The notes under the pieces: model-generated | Told to the model about the DNA's origin: nothing | What the model saw: only the letters and a program-made list of their open reading frames with translations | Databases searched by the model: none | Program-made: the position numbers and the translations under genes | Shown here: positions 18,301 through 33,300 of the stretch, one piece after another | Layout: the number at the start of each line of letters is the position of its first letter | Position numbering within the stretch: the stretch's first letter is position 1 | From: Antedon mediterranea | Taxonomy: Eukaryota > Animalia > Echinodermata | DNA length: 64,000 nucleotides | Reading direction: 5' to 3' | Assembly (NCBI RefSeq): GCF_964355755.1 | Contig: NC_092677.1 | Span: 15,088,101 to 15,152,100 of the forward strand

Positions 18301-21300
18301 CGGTAATACCAGCTCTATTAGTTTGCAGACAAATTTTAGCATAGAAAATAAAAGCTATTACATTTCAAGATTCTAAACAATCATATTGTACATAATATAA
18401 TAATATTTCAATTTATTTATTTCAAAACCCAAACCAACGGCAAAATTAATTTTCAGTTGAGGAAATAATTGCGCTTTATTATGATCATTAAACACACATG
18501 ACATCTCCTTCCTACATTTTAAACAAAGCCATTTGTTTTAACAACCATATTAACATTTCCTTTTATCACAATTGATAAGAAAAATGAATGTTTTATTGGT
18601 TTATTTATTTACCTAGCAACTTTGACTTTGACAATGACTTTGACATCTCTGTTTAACCAAATTAGGCTGATCCTTTTCTTAGAATTTATCTTAGAGGGGC
18701 AAAAATAGATTTTCTCATTGCTTTTTATTTGCAGATTCATGGTTTAGCAGTCTATTTCATTCCTAACTTACCTGGATAAACAGACAATAGCCCTTTCTCT
18801 CCCAGACGAGAGCATTTAATACTTTTATACATGGAGTAGAACATAGATGTACATGTTGATTTTCTAACGTTGTTCAAAGTTGCAAAATTTCTAACAATGT
18901 TTACAAAGCTGAATGTGTAATAGAACCATTAAATATCAGTTTTCCGTTTAATAGAGATAATACCGAATCAAAAAATATTTATATTTCAACTTTTAACTGA
19001 ACTCATACTTACAATTTATTTTAAGGTTTTTCTTTTGAGTTCCATTTTATTTTTATTGTACTGCTTTTTTATGAAATAGATAAAGATAAAGATTGAATAA
19101 ATTGCTACTTATTGCTATTTATGATGATTTGGGAGGGAAATTGGGTACTGTGTATGAATATTTCCTGTTGTTTGTTTCAGATCATGAACCTAAGGGGATT
19201 GTACCAGTTGCCACTGCCACCAACGGTGTTCTCAAGAAAGTCGACAACCGAACAATGGAGGCACAGAAGTTGTCACATCTACCAAACAGAAATCCAGTAT
19301 CATTAGAATTCCGCAATATCTCTTACTATGTAAAAGAAGGTGGATTTATGTGCCGAAACAGAGGTAAGGAATTGGTTTACTATGACTATTCTCATATTAA
19401 TTCCTTAATTTTAATTCTTGATTACATGTGTTGTCATTTTTGATTTGTTGTATATTGGCCAATAAATGCCGTTGAAGCAGCACGTTCATTACTATCTGCT
19501 GAACTCTTATCATTCATTTAAACAACTTAACAATTTTAATTAATTATATATTATTACATCATTTAACAAGTCTTAGAATTATTATGTAAAATTGTATTAA
19601 TAGGCATGAATGGTCTGATTTCATTTTAAACACAGGAAACTTATATAGCATCTGCAGTTTTATCTGTAATCTCAACACATCCCCATCTTAAAAAAAAATC
19701 TTAATGACCTTCGATTTATATTCTTTATTGTGCAATATTTATATTAATCCGATAATTCAATCAGATTTATTTGTGGTAGAAGTACTGATAATATATCACT
19801 TTATCTTGAGGTATATCGCTTTTGTTGTCTAATCGAATTGAAATGATTGATAATAATTGTTCTACAATTTCTTTCCTGTCCATATTGCCTGGATAAACTA
19901 ATAATAGCCTTCCTTTTTAGAATCCAGAGTTATTTATCTTTATTATTAAAGATACTTTCACACTGGGTTGTTAACAAATGGAAACATTCAAGATTCAATG
20001 TTCATTTGATAGCAGTACTGTTTCAATGCACATCATTATTGATCAAGAGCAATTTTAAAACCTGTGAAGAGGCCTCACAGAATCAAGACTTTTGCCCTCT
20101 CAGTCACTGACCCTTTTAATTTTTAGTTGCCTACGTACATTTTTGGTTGCCTCAAGACCGAAAACTATTTAAAACTGATATTTGTCTGCGTTTGTCATTG
20201 TTGTCTAAAAATTTGATACATAGGCCTACAGTCTGTAGTAAGAGACAAATCTAAAAATACATGCTCCCTGTGAAGAAAGGTTCTGGTTATGATTTACAAT
20301 TGTATTAATAACATTGCCAATACATAGGTCCAAAATGATCATTGATGTATTTTTAGATTTTCCTCTCAATCTCCACTCCCATTTCCCCCTACAGTCTTCA
20401 CGCGCCTTTCTCCGTAGTCTCCACTCCTCTTTCCCCTTACAGTCTCCACTCCTCTTTTCTCCTTGCAGTCTCCACTCCTCTTTCCCCTTACGTCAGTTTC
20501 CACTCCTCTTTCCCCTTACAGTCTCCACACTCCTCTTTCCCTCTCAATCTCCACTCCACTTTCCCTATACAATGTCCACTCCCTTTCAAACCCTGTTGGT
20601 AGAAAACCTCAAATAGTGAAACAATAAAGGAATTGTTTAGTATTCAAACCACAATCAACTTGTATGATGCAATAAAAAAAAGAATTCAAAGAAAAATAAA
20701 TCTGTCATAATTACATCAGTAGGAGAAAATGTAGTGTCTACTTTAGACATCATCAAGTAGATTGTGCAAGAAGGTCACAAGGTCAAGTTAAATTGATTTG
20801 ATTTGATTTGATTTATTCAATATCGGCTCAATACAATTACAACAGAATACATAAAAAATATAATGAAACAAAAAGCCAGGATTGTCACAAGCAAACCCAA
20901 TCACTGTTTAAAGACTTTCCTTTAACATAAATAAAATATAATATAAATATAAAATAAATGACGAGAAAAAAATTAATTAATAAAAATTGCACCAATAGGA
21001 TGTTCTGATATGTCTAGATACCCATTGTATATTTATATTGCTTTCTCATGCTTGTGAATATATCTTATTTTACAATTTACATTGTATTCTGATCCAGCTT
21101 TCCTTAATTACAGCTCTATCCCATTGGGTTTGGTAATACTGTAACGTGTTTACAATAATTGTGGAGTACCTCCTGTGTATGTTGCAAATTGATACCACTA
21201 GGTTTTAATATGATGGTCTACATTGTAATGTACTATATGTACTGTACATCCAAATAAACTCATTAGTGAGAGTTTGTTTTCTTTGTCAGATTAGGTATAA

Positions 21301-24300
21301 CAGAATAAATAAATAAAAAAAATAAATATAATTTTTTTCATGTTATTTAATGGACCAATTACATGTGTTATCAGACCTTGTATCAAATAAAATAACATTC
21401 AGTTGCCTGCTGTGTTGTCTCGAAACATGCCAATTAGTTGCCTAAGCTACCAATACCCGGTGGGTGACAGTTTACTGAAATCCATATTTCTGTTTAAAAT
21501 GTGTTTAAAAAATATAGTCTAAAAACAAAAATTGAAGGTGTTTATTAGCTGACAATGTTAAAATATTTATTATTTTGTTATGACTTATTTATGAATACTC
21601 TTGTTTATTGCATGTTCTTTTAACCTTGTAATCAATGTCCTATTTCAGTTTACAAATTATTGCCAAGGTTTCATATATCATTTCCAGACTACTAATTAAA
21701 GGCCTTTGCTTGATTCACCTGCAAGATATACCTTGGGTTTACCAGCTACCCTAGATCTAGGGACCGAGATAATCTATCTCTAGATATAGATATTTTAAGT
21801 AATATATTGGCTAACCTAATATTAACAATTATGTGATAGTCTATGGTATGGTGTAGGTTTACATGTTAATTACAAAAACATTTGCATCAAGTAGAAAAAT
21901 GAATATTATGATATCTATGCAATTTTGATTGTCATGATGTTATTGTTATGCATACAGTAATAATTTATCAAGCAAGTACAATTATTTGTTATTTAAATAC
22001 AAACACATTACATACATTATTGAATTTGTATAGTTGGCAGAATAAACAGTAATTATATTTTCTTTTACTGCAGTAACTACATTTTTACTGCAGTAATTTG
22101 TGTTTTTAGTTTGATTTAATGTTAAAGGTATCACTGCAATAAACAGCGAGTATGAAGCAAGAAGCTTGCTAAATAATTGCATGTAACTGTATAGTTACTT
22201 CAGTAACTGCAGTGGAATAATGTTCCCTTAATATCTTATTGTACTTTGTTACGATTCCATGGTGATCAGGAGAATAAGGGATTTTTAAGTACAATCTTAC
22301 AGACCAATCAGTTTAAAAAAAAAAGTATCTTAATCTAGGCCTACACACGTTATTAATTAACCATCTATTCGTTTATATGTTGCAGGCAATAAGACAATAT
22401 TGAAAGGGTTATCTGGCCACCTAAAACCAGGAGAACTTGTGGCTATCTTGGGCCCCTCAGGGGCAGGCAAGTCAACATTTATGAACGTGTTAGCTGGCAG
22501 CAAGTATGTCTTTCATTATTTACAAGTTAGAATAATTTGCTTTTGGGGCACATTATTATTTCATTGATTGTGTGATGTATGATAATAATAAACATATTCA
22601 TATTTGTACATTGTAGGACACAGAATATGCGTGGTGATATTCTTGTTAATGGGAGACCACGCGATCAGAGCAAGTTCCGTAAGATCTCATGCTACATCAT
22701 GCAGGACAGTCATTTACTGCAGCATCTGACAGTAATGGAAGCAATGATGGTGTCTGCCAACCTGAAACTCAAATCTACAGTACCAACTCCAGATAAAGAA
22801 ATTGTGGTACGTTTACACATGCATCATTCATCATCATTTATTGTCATGTATCATTGTCTGAGCATAGAGTATCATCAATAACATCATCACCACTACCATC
22901 ATCATATTCATCATCATCATCATCATCATTTAGGCCAATCACTATGTTATCATTGTTTCGGCATACAGTATCATTAATAATATCATCATCATTTATTAAT
23001 ATGTAATTATCATTGTTTCATAATTCAGTATTAATACAATCATCATCATTTATTGCCATGTTATCATTGTTTCAGCATACATTATCATCAATAACATCAT
23101 CATCATCATTTATCCCTATGCTGTTATTGTCTCGGTATACAGTATCATTAATAATATCATCATCATCATCATTTATTACTATGTAATTATCATTGTTTCA
23201 TAGTTCAGTATTAATACAATCATCATCATCTATTGTCATGGTATCATTGTTTCAGCATACATTATCATCAATAACATCATCATTTATCACTATATTATCA
23301 TTGTCTCCGCATACAGTATCATCAATAACATCATCATTTATCACTATGTTATCATTGTTTCAGCATACAGTATCAATAACATCATCATCACTATGTTATC
23401 GTTGTCTCATTATTCATTATTATCAAAGCATCATCATTTATCATCATGTTAATATGTGTGCCTCCTTCATTTTTATCAACAACATCATTATCATCATGTC
23501 ATAAAATATTTTTATATCATTTTTATATCATCAAGGTGGAAGAAATAATGAGTCTGCTGGGACTGCTAGAATGTGCCAAAACGAGAACGAGTAACCTTTC
23601 AGGCGGTCAACTGAAGCGGCTGTCTATAGCAGTAGAATTGGTTAACAACCCGCCAATCATGTTCTTCGATGAACCTACCAGGTAATAATAACAATTTTAT
23701 TATAGGTTGATTGTGCCAAAACTTAATGTCATTTTAATGGATGCTACAATAAAATGTAACTTTAATGTCTGATTTTACCTAGATTGGTGGTGGATTTTTC
23801 TATTTGTACATGGGGATGTTATTTCTTGTTGAAATGGGGTTATCTTGTCTACCAAAATACACCTAAGCTTGAGTACCATAATACCACAGTTTTTTATTTT
23901 TATTCAATCTCTTTTAGAAAAAATAGATTGACATATTTTTTACCATTCCTTTGAAAGTCGTGGTAAACAATTTAAATCACCTCCCATTGGGCACATTGTG
24001 AACCATGGAAAACATAAGGTCACAGCATTGGCAGTTGATGTTTTGATTTTTAATATTTGGTCAAATTTGTTTTCTTTCTTAATTTTGCTTTCATATTTGA
24101 TAAATTGTGTATGATTACACACACAAACAAATAATTGCATAAAAATGATACAGTATATTAAACAAAATGCACTTACTGCAGTAACTGCAGTAGAATAACA
24201 TGCTCCATTAGAAAATATTAAAAAGCTATTCCTGATTCTACTGAGAATATATTATCGTTTAACTATTGAATTGGCTACTGATTGTTTATATATTGATTTT

Positions 24301-27300
24301 CTTGTTGAATTACCCTGCAGCAATAATGAATACAGCACAGTTTACAAACAATTTGAAATAATACCTACATATGCAATTCTATTTCTAGTTCAAATTATTT
24401 TACTCAAGTTTGTGAAATTTGCGTCATAAATTTTCAGTATGACATTTAAGTCTGGTTAGCAATGTATAGGAAGCTGAATATTCACATACTTTAGTATTTT
24501 CTATCTTCGTTGACGTCACAGTATCGTGCCATTTCCAATCGCATCGCAAAAAAGCAGTTGTTATACTTGAGAGATTACATAGCTTGGAATAGCCTTTCAT
24601 AATAACAATAATAATAATACTGTTAATAATTTTATTAAATAAAAAAAGAAAAAAAATTATAAAAGCTGAGGATCTTCAAACTGAAATCAGATTTTTTCAA
24701 CTGAAATCCTTTAAATTTATTGTTTAGAGAGAGTTTTAAATTTTTGCGACAACTTGGACCAAGTTATAGTACAACTTACAGGTTTATCAATTTGTATACA
24801 AGTGGAAATTTAGTAAAGTACAGTAGCATTTAAAAAAATAAATAGAATTGAGAATTTCTTGATCTTTTGGTTGTGATGTTATTCTACAATCTTCCCATCA
24901 GTAGCATAAAAACTAAAATATCACATTCTTAGCTCTACGTTATTTTCTTTTTGGAATCACATGGTGTACCTCAAATCTTTATTTTACTAATTGTTTATTT
25001 GCCATACAAACCAATATTGTGAGATATTAGATTAGAATTCAGATCAATTATTTCTTTAAGCGCAGTAAAGGTATCACATGATATCATGACATCACAGTTT
25101 GTATTCTAGTTGGATGGTGTTAACGTGATTCACAACTAATTCAAAGCCAACTTTAGGAAAATATTTTAAATTAATAGGTTAATCTAGGTATCTAACACCC
25201 ATTATCAAGCACTTTCCAAGTGCGAATTATTTTTTTTAAAGGTTAGAGTATTAATAAGCACTAGCAAATCAATAACTTGATGCTGAAATGGGTTCCGAAC
25301 CAAATAGCAGTCAGATAGATCAAATAAACAAGTAGTACACATGCTGAAGATTTAATTATGTATAATTATGTTCCTCGAGTATTGAACTCATGACGGCGAA
25401 CGTTGTGTTGTTTTGATTTGAAATTGCGTTATGTAGTTATTAACTCAAATGAACTTAAGTGCATTTGAAATTGCATATGAAGTTAATAATATAAATATTA
25501 AATAGGATGCAATTACATGTAAATTTATATTCTTGGTATATGGTTGTAGTTTGGTGTAGCTCTGTGTGTTATGCTTGGATCAAAAACCAGAGAGTAGCTG
25601 AATAAGCAATCAAATTTAGAATACTGTATATTACAAAAACATGTAGTAATCGGTAAATATCATGAAATAAGATCAAAATTGTTCAAGCACCACTGGAGTT
25701 TAACTCCATGATATTGGTTAAGATGGGATATAGCTGTAGGCTATGATACGCTAGCCTTACTCCAGAGTTTAAGAAAGAGAGAGATTAAGAAAAACAGAAT
25801 TTAGTTTGTATACTGGAATTGGTATGTTCAACAAAATTAAGAGACTCTTTAGGAAGATAAAGTTGTTGTATGCAACATTATCTACTGTTAGTTCACTGTG
25901 GCAGGGCCTTAGCCACCAGTACGGTTGGTAAGATTCAACCGTACCACTTTTTCACACTTATTTCTCGTGGCTACATCACTGTGTGGTATATAATTACCGG
26001 TACCTAATATCTACAAACAGTACTTTAATTATTTCAAAATTTGTCATTTTTATCAACAATAATAACTTAATCAAAATCCACACTACACAGGCAACTGTGC
26101 GTTTTCGAATTCAGGCATTATATTCTGCCATGCAAGTGTTACAATAATTGCTATTCTTGCATCGTAAGATACATACACTAGTAACTGTATAAACGATGGA
26201 ATCCAAAAGCAATTAACCCTAAACCATTATCCATAGCGATCTTGCACTTCGAATATTGGAATATATTGAGGTTAATCTTGCTGTACAATAATTATATTCA
26301 TTGTATTATCACATCATAACAAATTATGACCTTTTTACTGATGGATACTAAACAAAATGATTATTGTTATTAGCTTAATTTCAATATTTATGAATTTGTG
26401 TATATTTTCCAATTTTAATGAGTGCATTGCAAACCTATTATATTTTCCCCAGCAACATTATAGATTTTGTTCATAAACACTCCTGAGTATTTAAAATGTT
26501 ACATTTATCAGAGGTGAATATAAGAGATAATGTAGTGGTTGAGAGTTACTATGGCATTCATTGTCTTCTATTTTGTATTTCTGCTTCATTATCTTCTTCC
26601 CAAATTTTTTCAAACAGACTCGCCACATTCGAAAGTACAATGGTTGTAATATATAAAAAAAAACAAAATTGGTTAATTGTTAATAAAATGAATGTACTAA
26701 TAACTGTACAAACTGAACATTTTATAATGTGCTTACATCACTCCTGCTAACAGAAATCTCATTCAAATTATTTTGAAACAGTCCACATAATATGAGCAAT
26801 TACTTTAACAAAATTAACTAATGTATAAAGATACTATAGGATGAACGAGGGATTTAGATTGGAAGTAGAGATCTTGACAATCCCAAAAATATTATAAAAT
26901 TGTACTAGAACAGAATTATTACTATTTATTTAATTTGGCACAACCTGAGAAATAAGCAAATAAAATAATACCCCAACAGAAAAAAAAAACAAGAGAGATA
27001 CTGTACATAAATTCATGCTGACATATCCCTATGGTATAACCAAATAAAATAATACTCCGGTAAAATGTGCTTTTGAATGGGAACAGTGATAGTGATGTAC
27101 AATGCACAGTACAATGCACTCGGTATATTTTATCTTCAAACACACAACCATATGGATTGGACCATTCCGTATTCCCACACATATGCCATCTTCAAAAATC
27201 AATTGTATACAACTATTCAGGAGTCTGTTGTCTGTTTGTTGATTTATTGATATTTGCATGTCCACCATTACAATCGACTTCTCAGTATAACATTATTGAT

Positions 27301-30300
27301 GAAAGCTAACGTTTTATAGACGTTAGCTTTATTTATAGTACTCTAAAACTATAAATAAATGAAACAGCTAGAGAAAAATGTCATTTAACATTATTTATAA
27401 CCAAATATAGAGGAAGCGAGAAATTAATAATACAATATGTATTGTTATTATTGTGTTTTGACGTTAATATTGTATTATCTTTAAGGATTGTGTCAAAATA
27501 TAGTCACTGCAGTAACTGCAGTAGAATGATTTTAACATGGTCCCTTATATTTTGGCGTCTTTAAAAATGTACATCAGCTTATAGTCTAGTTTCTATGACA
27601 TGTAATAGTGATCCTAAACATAACTGAGTGTTATTGACTTGTTATTAATGGTTTTCATCTACTTTGTCAATGTTCAATGAAATCTGTATTTATTTTGATG
27701 GTTGAAATTTAAAGATACACTGTTACTTTCTTTAATCTTCATTACAACTAAAATAAACAATACATTTTCATTATAGATATTGTAATGGTAATTGATTGAT
27801 CATTTTATTTCAGAATAACAAAATTCCATATCCAACAATTACAATACAAAAAAAAAACGAAAATCGCACTAAAATACGATTTTCTTCCATTAGTGAAGAT
27901 TTGAGATCCCAAAATCTTTGTCTACACTATCAAACCATATATGGTAGTGCTATGCTTAAATATGGTAGTGATATGACAGCATCATATCCATATATGGGCA
28001 CAGCCGCAAACCACATTTTTTTGACACATAAAGTTTGATAGTGTAGACAAGGCTTACAGGTATATGGAAAGTGCAAGATCATTTTCACTATTAACAACCT
28101 TTTTTTTTCTTCTTATTTTGTATTTATTAACTTTACTCAATTTTCACAAAAAGGCTGACAGCCAATTGAAGAGATTGCAACTTATTAGAGAAAATCTGAA
28201 AACATTTATGAAAAACATGTTTCTGCCGAATAAATCAAGTAATCATAATGCTCTTATACAAAACATTAATGCTAAGCTTTAAGAATAAATCCTTTGTTGC
28301 TATGACAATTAAGTAAAGTACAGTTCAAAAATCGAATAAGATTTTAAAACTTTGAAAAGTTTTATATTATGTGGGTTAAATTTTAATATTTTCCTACTAT
28401 GCAGCTCGTACAAACGCCTAGAAATTTAAACTGAATTGTGAAACAAAATGTAGTTTCTACAAATAGTTGACATGGTCGCTATACTCAATGCTATAAGCAT
28501 CTGAACTATGCTACAGGCTATAATGATTCACAAATAATTTATATTAAATTTCATTAAAGCAATCAGAACATTTGCTCATTAAATGACGCAGCCGTGTGTT
28601 GCAATCCTATTTTTCTACATACTGATTTAATGTCATTTTACACTGACATATTATTTCAGTACAGTTACGCAATTATGATAATTATAGAAGATGATGATAT
28701 GCGACATTTTCCGCATTACATGATGAATGAAATCAAACGAGCATTGTGAAAACAGATGAAACTGTCTGAATGACGTACTGATTCAAACTAGCATTGTGAA
28801 AACAGATGAAACTGAATGACGAACTGAGGCATATTTTTTTTCTATTTTCACATAAGATGTCAAGATATTATAATTGTTAGATTACATAATATGAATTTGT
28901 GCGTTAACTAAATCCTAAATTGCTTTTCTATATGTTATTGTAATATATTGAAAAGAGTATTTAATCTTTAAGTAATGTGTACCAAACCGTTTGAGACAGA
29001 AAGGCGTCTCCTCCAGTCAATATATATTTAGAGACCGTGTCACAGTTATTGTACTGCAGTAAACTAATGCAATTATCAAGCTTTTTTAGTAATCATACGT
29101 ACTACAATGGCTCATACACACTGAAGAAAACTAAAATCATTTGTTACTGTAGTAACAAAAAATGAAAATACTGCAGTAACTACAGTAGAATAGTTGAAAA
29201 GGCCTCCTTAAATATAAGTAATACATTAGACACAGCAAAACGGAAATCACATTTTCCTATAATGCATTAGAATAAATTATATTAATAATATTGAATAAAT
29301 TCTTGTCATCTGTAAAATGGAAGTTTATTATGTATTGATTCGGTTAGAATGAATTTAAAATCATTAAAATAGTTTTTGGATATAAACTATGAACATTATG
29401 TATTTAAAAAACAAATACCTCCTAAATTTGGAGAAGCAGAATGAAGAGTAATCGAAAATGTACAAAGCATCAAATGTTAAAAAAGGATTAAAACTAGTTT
29501 TAATTTCTAGTCCTTATCCGAGAAGACTCATTCTACCACCTGAACCATGAAGCGAGTGACCTTCGAACTCTTGCCAGTGTTATGTTTACATAATTATGGC
29601 CACTCAATCGTAATGTTATTCTAATTTTTGTATTTATATTATTTGTCCGTTTTTTCTTGCAGTGGTTTGGACAGTTCATCTAGCTTCCAATGTATTTCCC
29701 TACTCAAGTCTCTAGCTCATGGTGGTCGTACAGTCATCTGTACCATTCACCAGCCCAGTGCAAAACTCTTTGAAATGTTTGATAAGGTATAAATCATAAA
29801 TTAAAATTTCTTATTAGTTGGCAAAAGCACTTCACTTAGTTTCTGAGTGCTTTCATTATTTTATTTTCCATATTCGACCTTGTATAATCTCATGGCATCT
29901 GGCCAAGCACCTTGACAAGATTTAGGATGGGATTAGATATTGAAAATTAATAATTATGCCCATGGCTTATTATAGTTTAACTGAACAAGATCAGTTAGCC
30001 TTCCTCAGGTCAAGCCTTGTGTCTCAATAATATGCCAAAGTATTATGGGGATTAAGGGGAGATATTAGTAGGAGATACCACGATATCTCTCCATCCAGGT
30101 GTATAAATGGGTACCCTTTTAGATCAAGGCACAACTTTGCGCTGATTACTAGCCGCATTGTGGGAGTATGTTTCCACATGTTCGATAAAAAAAAATGGCC
30201 GGGGTAATAATGTGAAGCACTTAGAAGCATTGTGCAATTAAGCACTATATAAGAACAAATATTATTATTATTTCCATATTTGTGAGATGTTCATGAACAT

Positions 30301-33300
30301 GATCATTATCATCATCAAATGATCAGAATGATTATGATGCAATAGTAATCCATCATCTATAAATCATTAGGTTGTGCTCAAACAAAACATAAATAAAATA
30401 ATTTATTTCTACTTATTTTATTCATTTAGTTGTACATCCTTGGTGAGGGTCGTTGTTTATACTACGGATCTGTGAGGTCATTAGTCCCGTACATGAGTTC
30501 CCTCGGGTTCACATGTCCGCCCTATCATAACCCAGCGGACTTTGGTAAGTAGATAATTGTCTTATATGCAACACTAGTTTGCATTGACAAATTAGTGTTG
30601 TCAATCTGTTAATTACTTTAATCAAATCTTGTCTCGTTAAATTTTTGAGAAGATTGTAGATTGTTAATGTTGTGTTACAGCCAATCAGCAACACGATATT
30701 TTAGTATGCAGTTTTAGTTTGTGTAATCTACACATTTAGTAGTTACCTTATATGTGCATATTATTTCATAGCATAACATTTTACAAGGTATAATTGACAG
30801 TTATTTAAGTTATATATGTTTTGATTGCACTGTGATATAAACTGTATGATTTTTACACCTACTACAAAACAATATACATTTTTTTCTGAATTCTTAGTGA
30901 TTGAGGCAGCCTCTGGTGAATATGGTGATGCCGTCATGGCAATGTCAAAAGCCGTGCACGATGGCGTTTGTGACGAGTACTGGCGAGCCGATCAGGAGAA
31001 AGGTTGTGACTTGGGTAACCTTGCAGCAGCTGGCTCTGCGTCGTTTCTCAAGGCTAATTCAAACCTGTCGCTAAATGCGATCAATGCCGCTCACAGAATA
31101 AACGGGAATGGTAATCGCTTTAACCCAACTAAGTTAATGTCACAGGTTTGTTTTAACTTACTTTGTATCATGAAGTTTATAAAAGATTTCATTTAATATA
31201 TCTGGTTTAATATTTCTTTTTTATTCTGGGTGACCTCTTTTCAGTAAAAGACTGTTCTCTTAGTACTGTACAGGATATGAACAGCACAGCAGCTGGGAGA
31301 TTACTATCCACTCTTTTTTTTTTGATAGTTTACCCTGTTTTTTATCGAACACATTTGCAGTGTATGTACACAGGATATCACAATCGAAGTATGAGGCAAT
31401 AGAAGTAATGTATTTTAGGACACAAGCAAATGGCACATAGGTTTCAAAGTCATGCCTCAATACCTGCTATTATATTGCATGTGTTTTTATGATTATTTTT
31501 CTGGTTCTACAGGAAAGTGAAGAGGATATTGCTCATTTTGCCACTGGCTTCATGACTCAATTCTGGGTTCTTTTTGTCCGCTCAATGAAAACTATTATTC
31601 GGGATCAGGTTAGTTCACTTTGCATGAGAAAATATGTTTACTAGATTCATCATAATGATTAAAAACTAATGTTAAATAGGAACCACATGAAATGTTTACT
31701 ATTGAAAATATAAGGCCATGGATATAAATGGCTAAATACTAAAATAAGCCTTGATCGCACTGAACTTAATTTTGTCAAATTACCAGACTCGTTGGCTAAG
31801 TGAGCAAGAAACACATGACCTTCACCATGTGAGTCAATCATAGTTTTTCAGAATTAATTTTGGTGAAATTATCCAAGTTCGAACAACAGACACATTTTCG
31901 AATGACATTGAGTAAAGTTACCTCAATTGGTTAAATTTACCAATTTTCAAGTCCAGTGCGAACAAGGTTTTACTGTACTTTCTCTTTCAAATGCAAAATG
32001 AAAAACATTTTGTTTGAGACCCTCAATAAACATTTTATTTCAGGTTCTGACACATACTCGTCTGCTTTCACATCTTGGTATTGGTGTTCTGATTGGCTTA
32101 CTCTACATGGGTATTGGTAATGACGCAAGCAAGGCGTTCAACAACTCGGGATGTCTGTTCTTCTCAATCCTGTTCCTCATGTTCACAGCTCTTATGCCAA
32201 CTGTCTTAACATGTATGTACATTTACTGTATAAACAAAGTTGTTTAATTATTTAAAGTATATACCAAGCAGTGTAATGGCTATTGGCTATGAGCACCCAC
32301 TGGCTAAACCCAGGGGCCCCAGAGCCAAAGTCCAATGCAACTACCTAGTGTTGGAGGGCCTCTTAGGAGTACTGAACCAGGGCCTTTTCACCCTGTGTTA
32401 CGTCACTGATGCCAAGAGCAATTAAACCATTTAAAACTGTTTATTTTTGTTTATAAATGATATTGATTAGAGTTCTCATTAAAGGTGCAATATCTCTACA
32501 TTGTTATGCATATTAAAAAAACACCTATTTTATATAGAGTGCATAATCTTATTGTTTTTATAATTACATTTTTTTTCTTAAGTTCCAACTGAGATTCATG
32601 TACTATTAAGGGAACACTTGAATTACTGGTACAGTTTGAAAGCGTACTATTTTGCTAAAACAATGGCAGATCTACCATTCCAAGTAAGTGCATGCTTCTA
32701 TGTTTTTTCAGAGATAATAACAGCAAATCCTCATATTTTGTGTATATGTTATACAGCCAGATGAGTTGCTGAATTATGTTAAAAGAAAATAATTATTAAC
32801 AAAAAATTACAATATATTGTCTTGTATCACATTTTGTGATCTACCATTCCAAGTAAGTGCATGCTTCTTTCTTTTTTTAATAAAGAAAATATAAGTTAAA
32901 TTGTCTTGTATCAAGTTTTGTGATTTTTAGTAGGTAACTGTCGCCAGTGAACAGTCAACTCTCTGGTTCACAGTTTGTTATAAGGTCTAGGCCACTGGCC
33001 TGGGGCTATTCATCGTTTTGGTCAGCTCTTCCTAGTTTCAATACACTATAGCTTTTTTTTAAAACACAGCACAGCAGTATTTCCATTTCAATTTATTTCA
33101 TTTGGCACAGCACTTGTTTTTGTGCCGGAGAAATTAAGCACTGTACAATATTTCAGTTTATTTCACAAAATAACTGTGGCATTTGTTCTTCTTAAAGAAG
33201 CTTCCACCAGTAAAAAAAAAAATTTAGTTTGTTTGTTTTGAATTCTGCTTTTTCAGTGTTTACTTTTAACCAATATAAACCCATCTATCCAACTATTTTA

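Noticed and set aside
28731-28826. ~48-bp direct duplication (AGCATTGTGAAAACAGATGAAACTG)
   Set aside because: Two-copy local slippage in an intron with no further structure.
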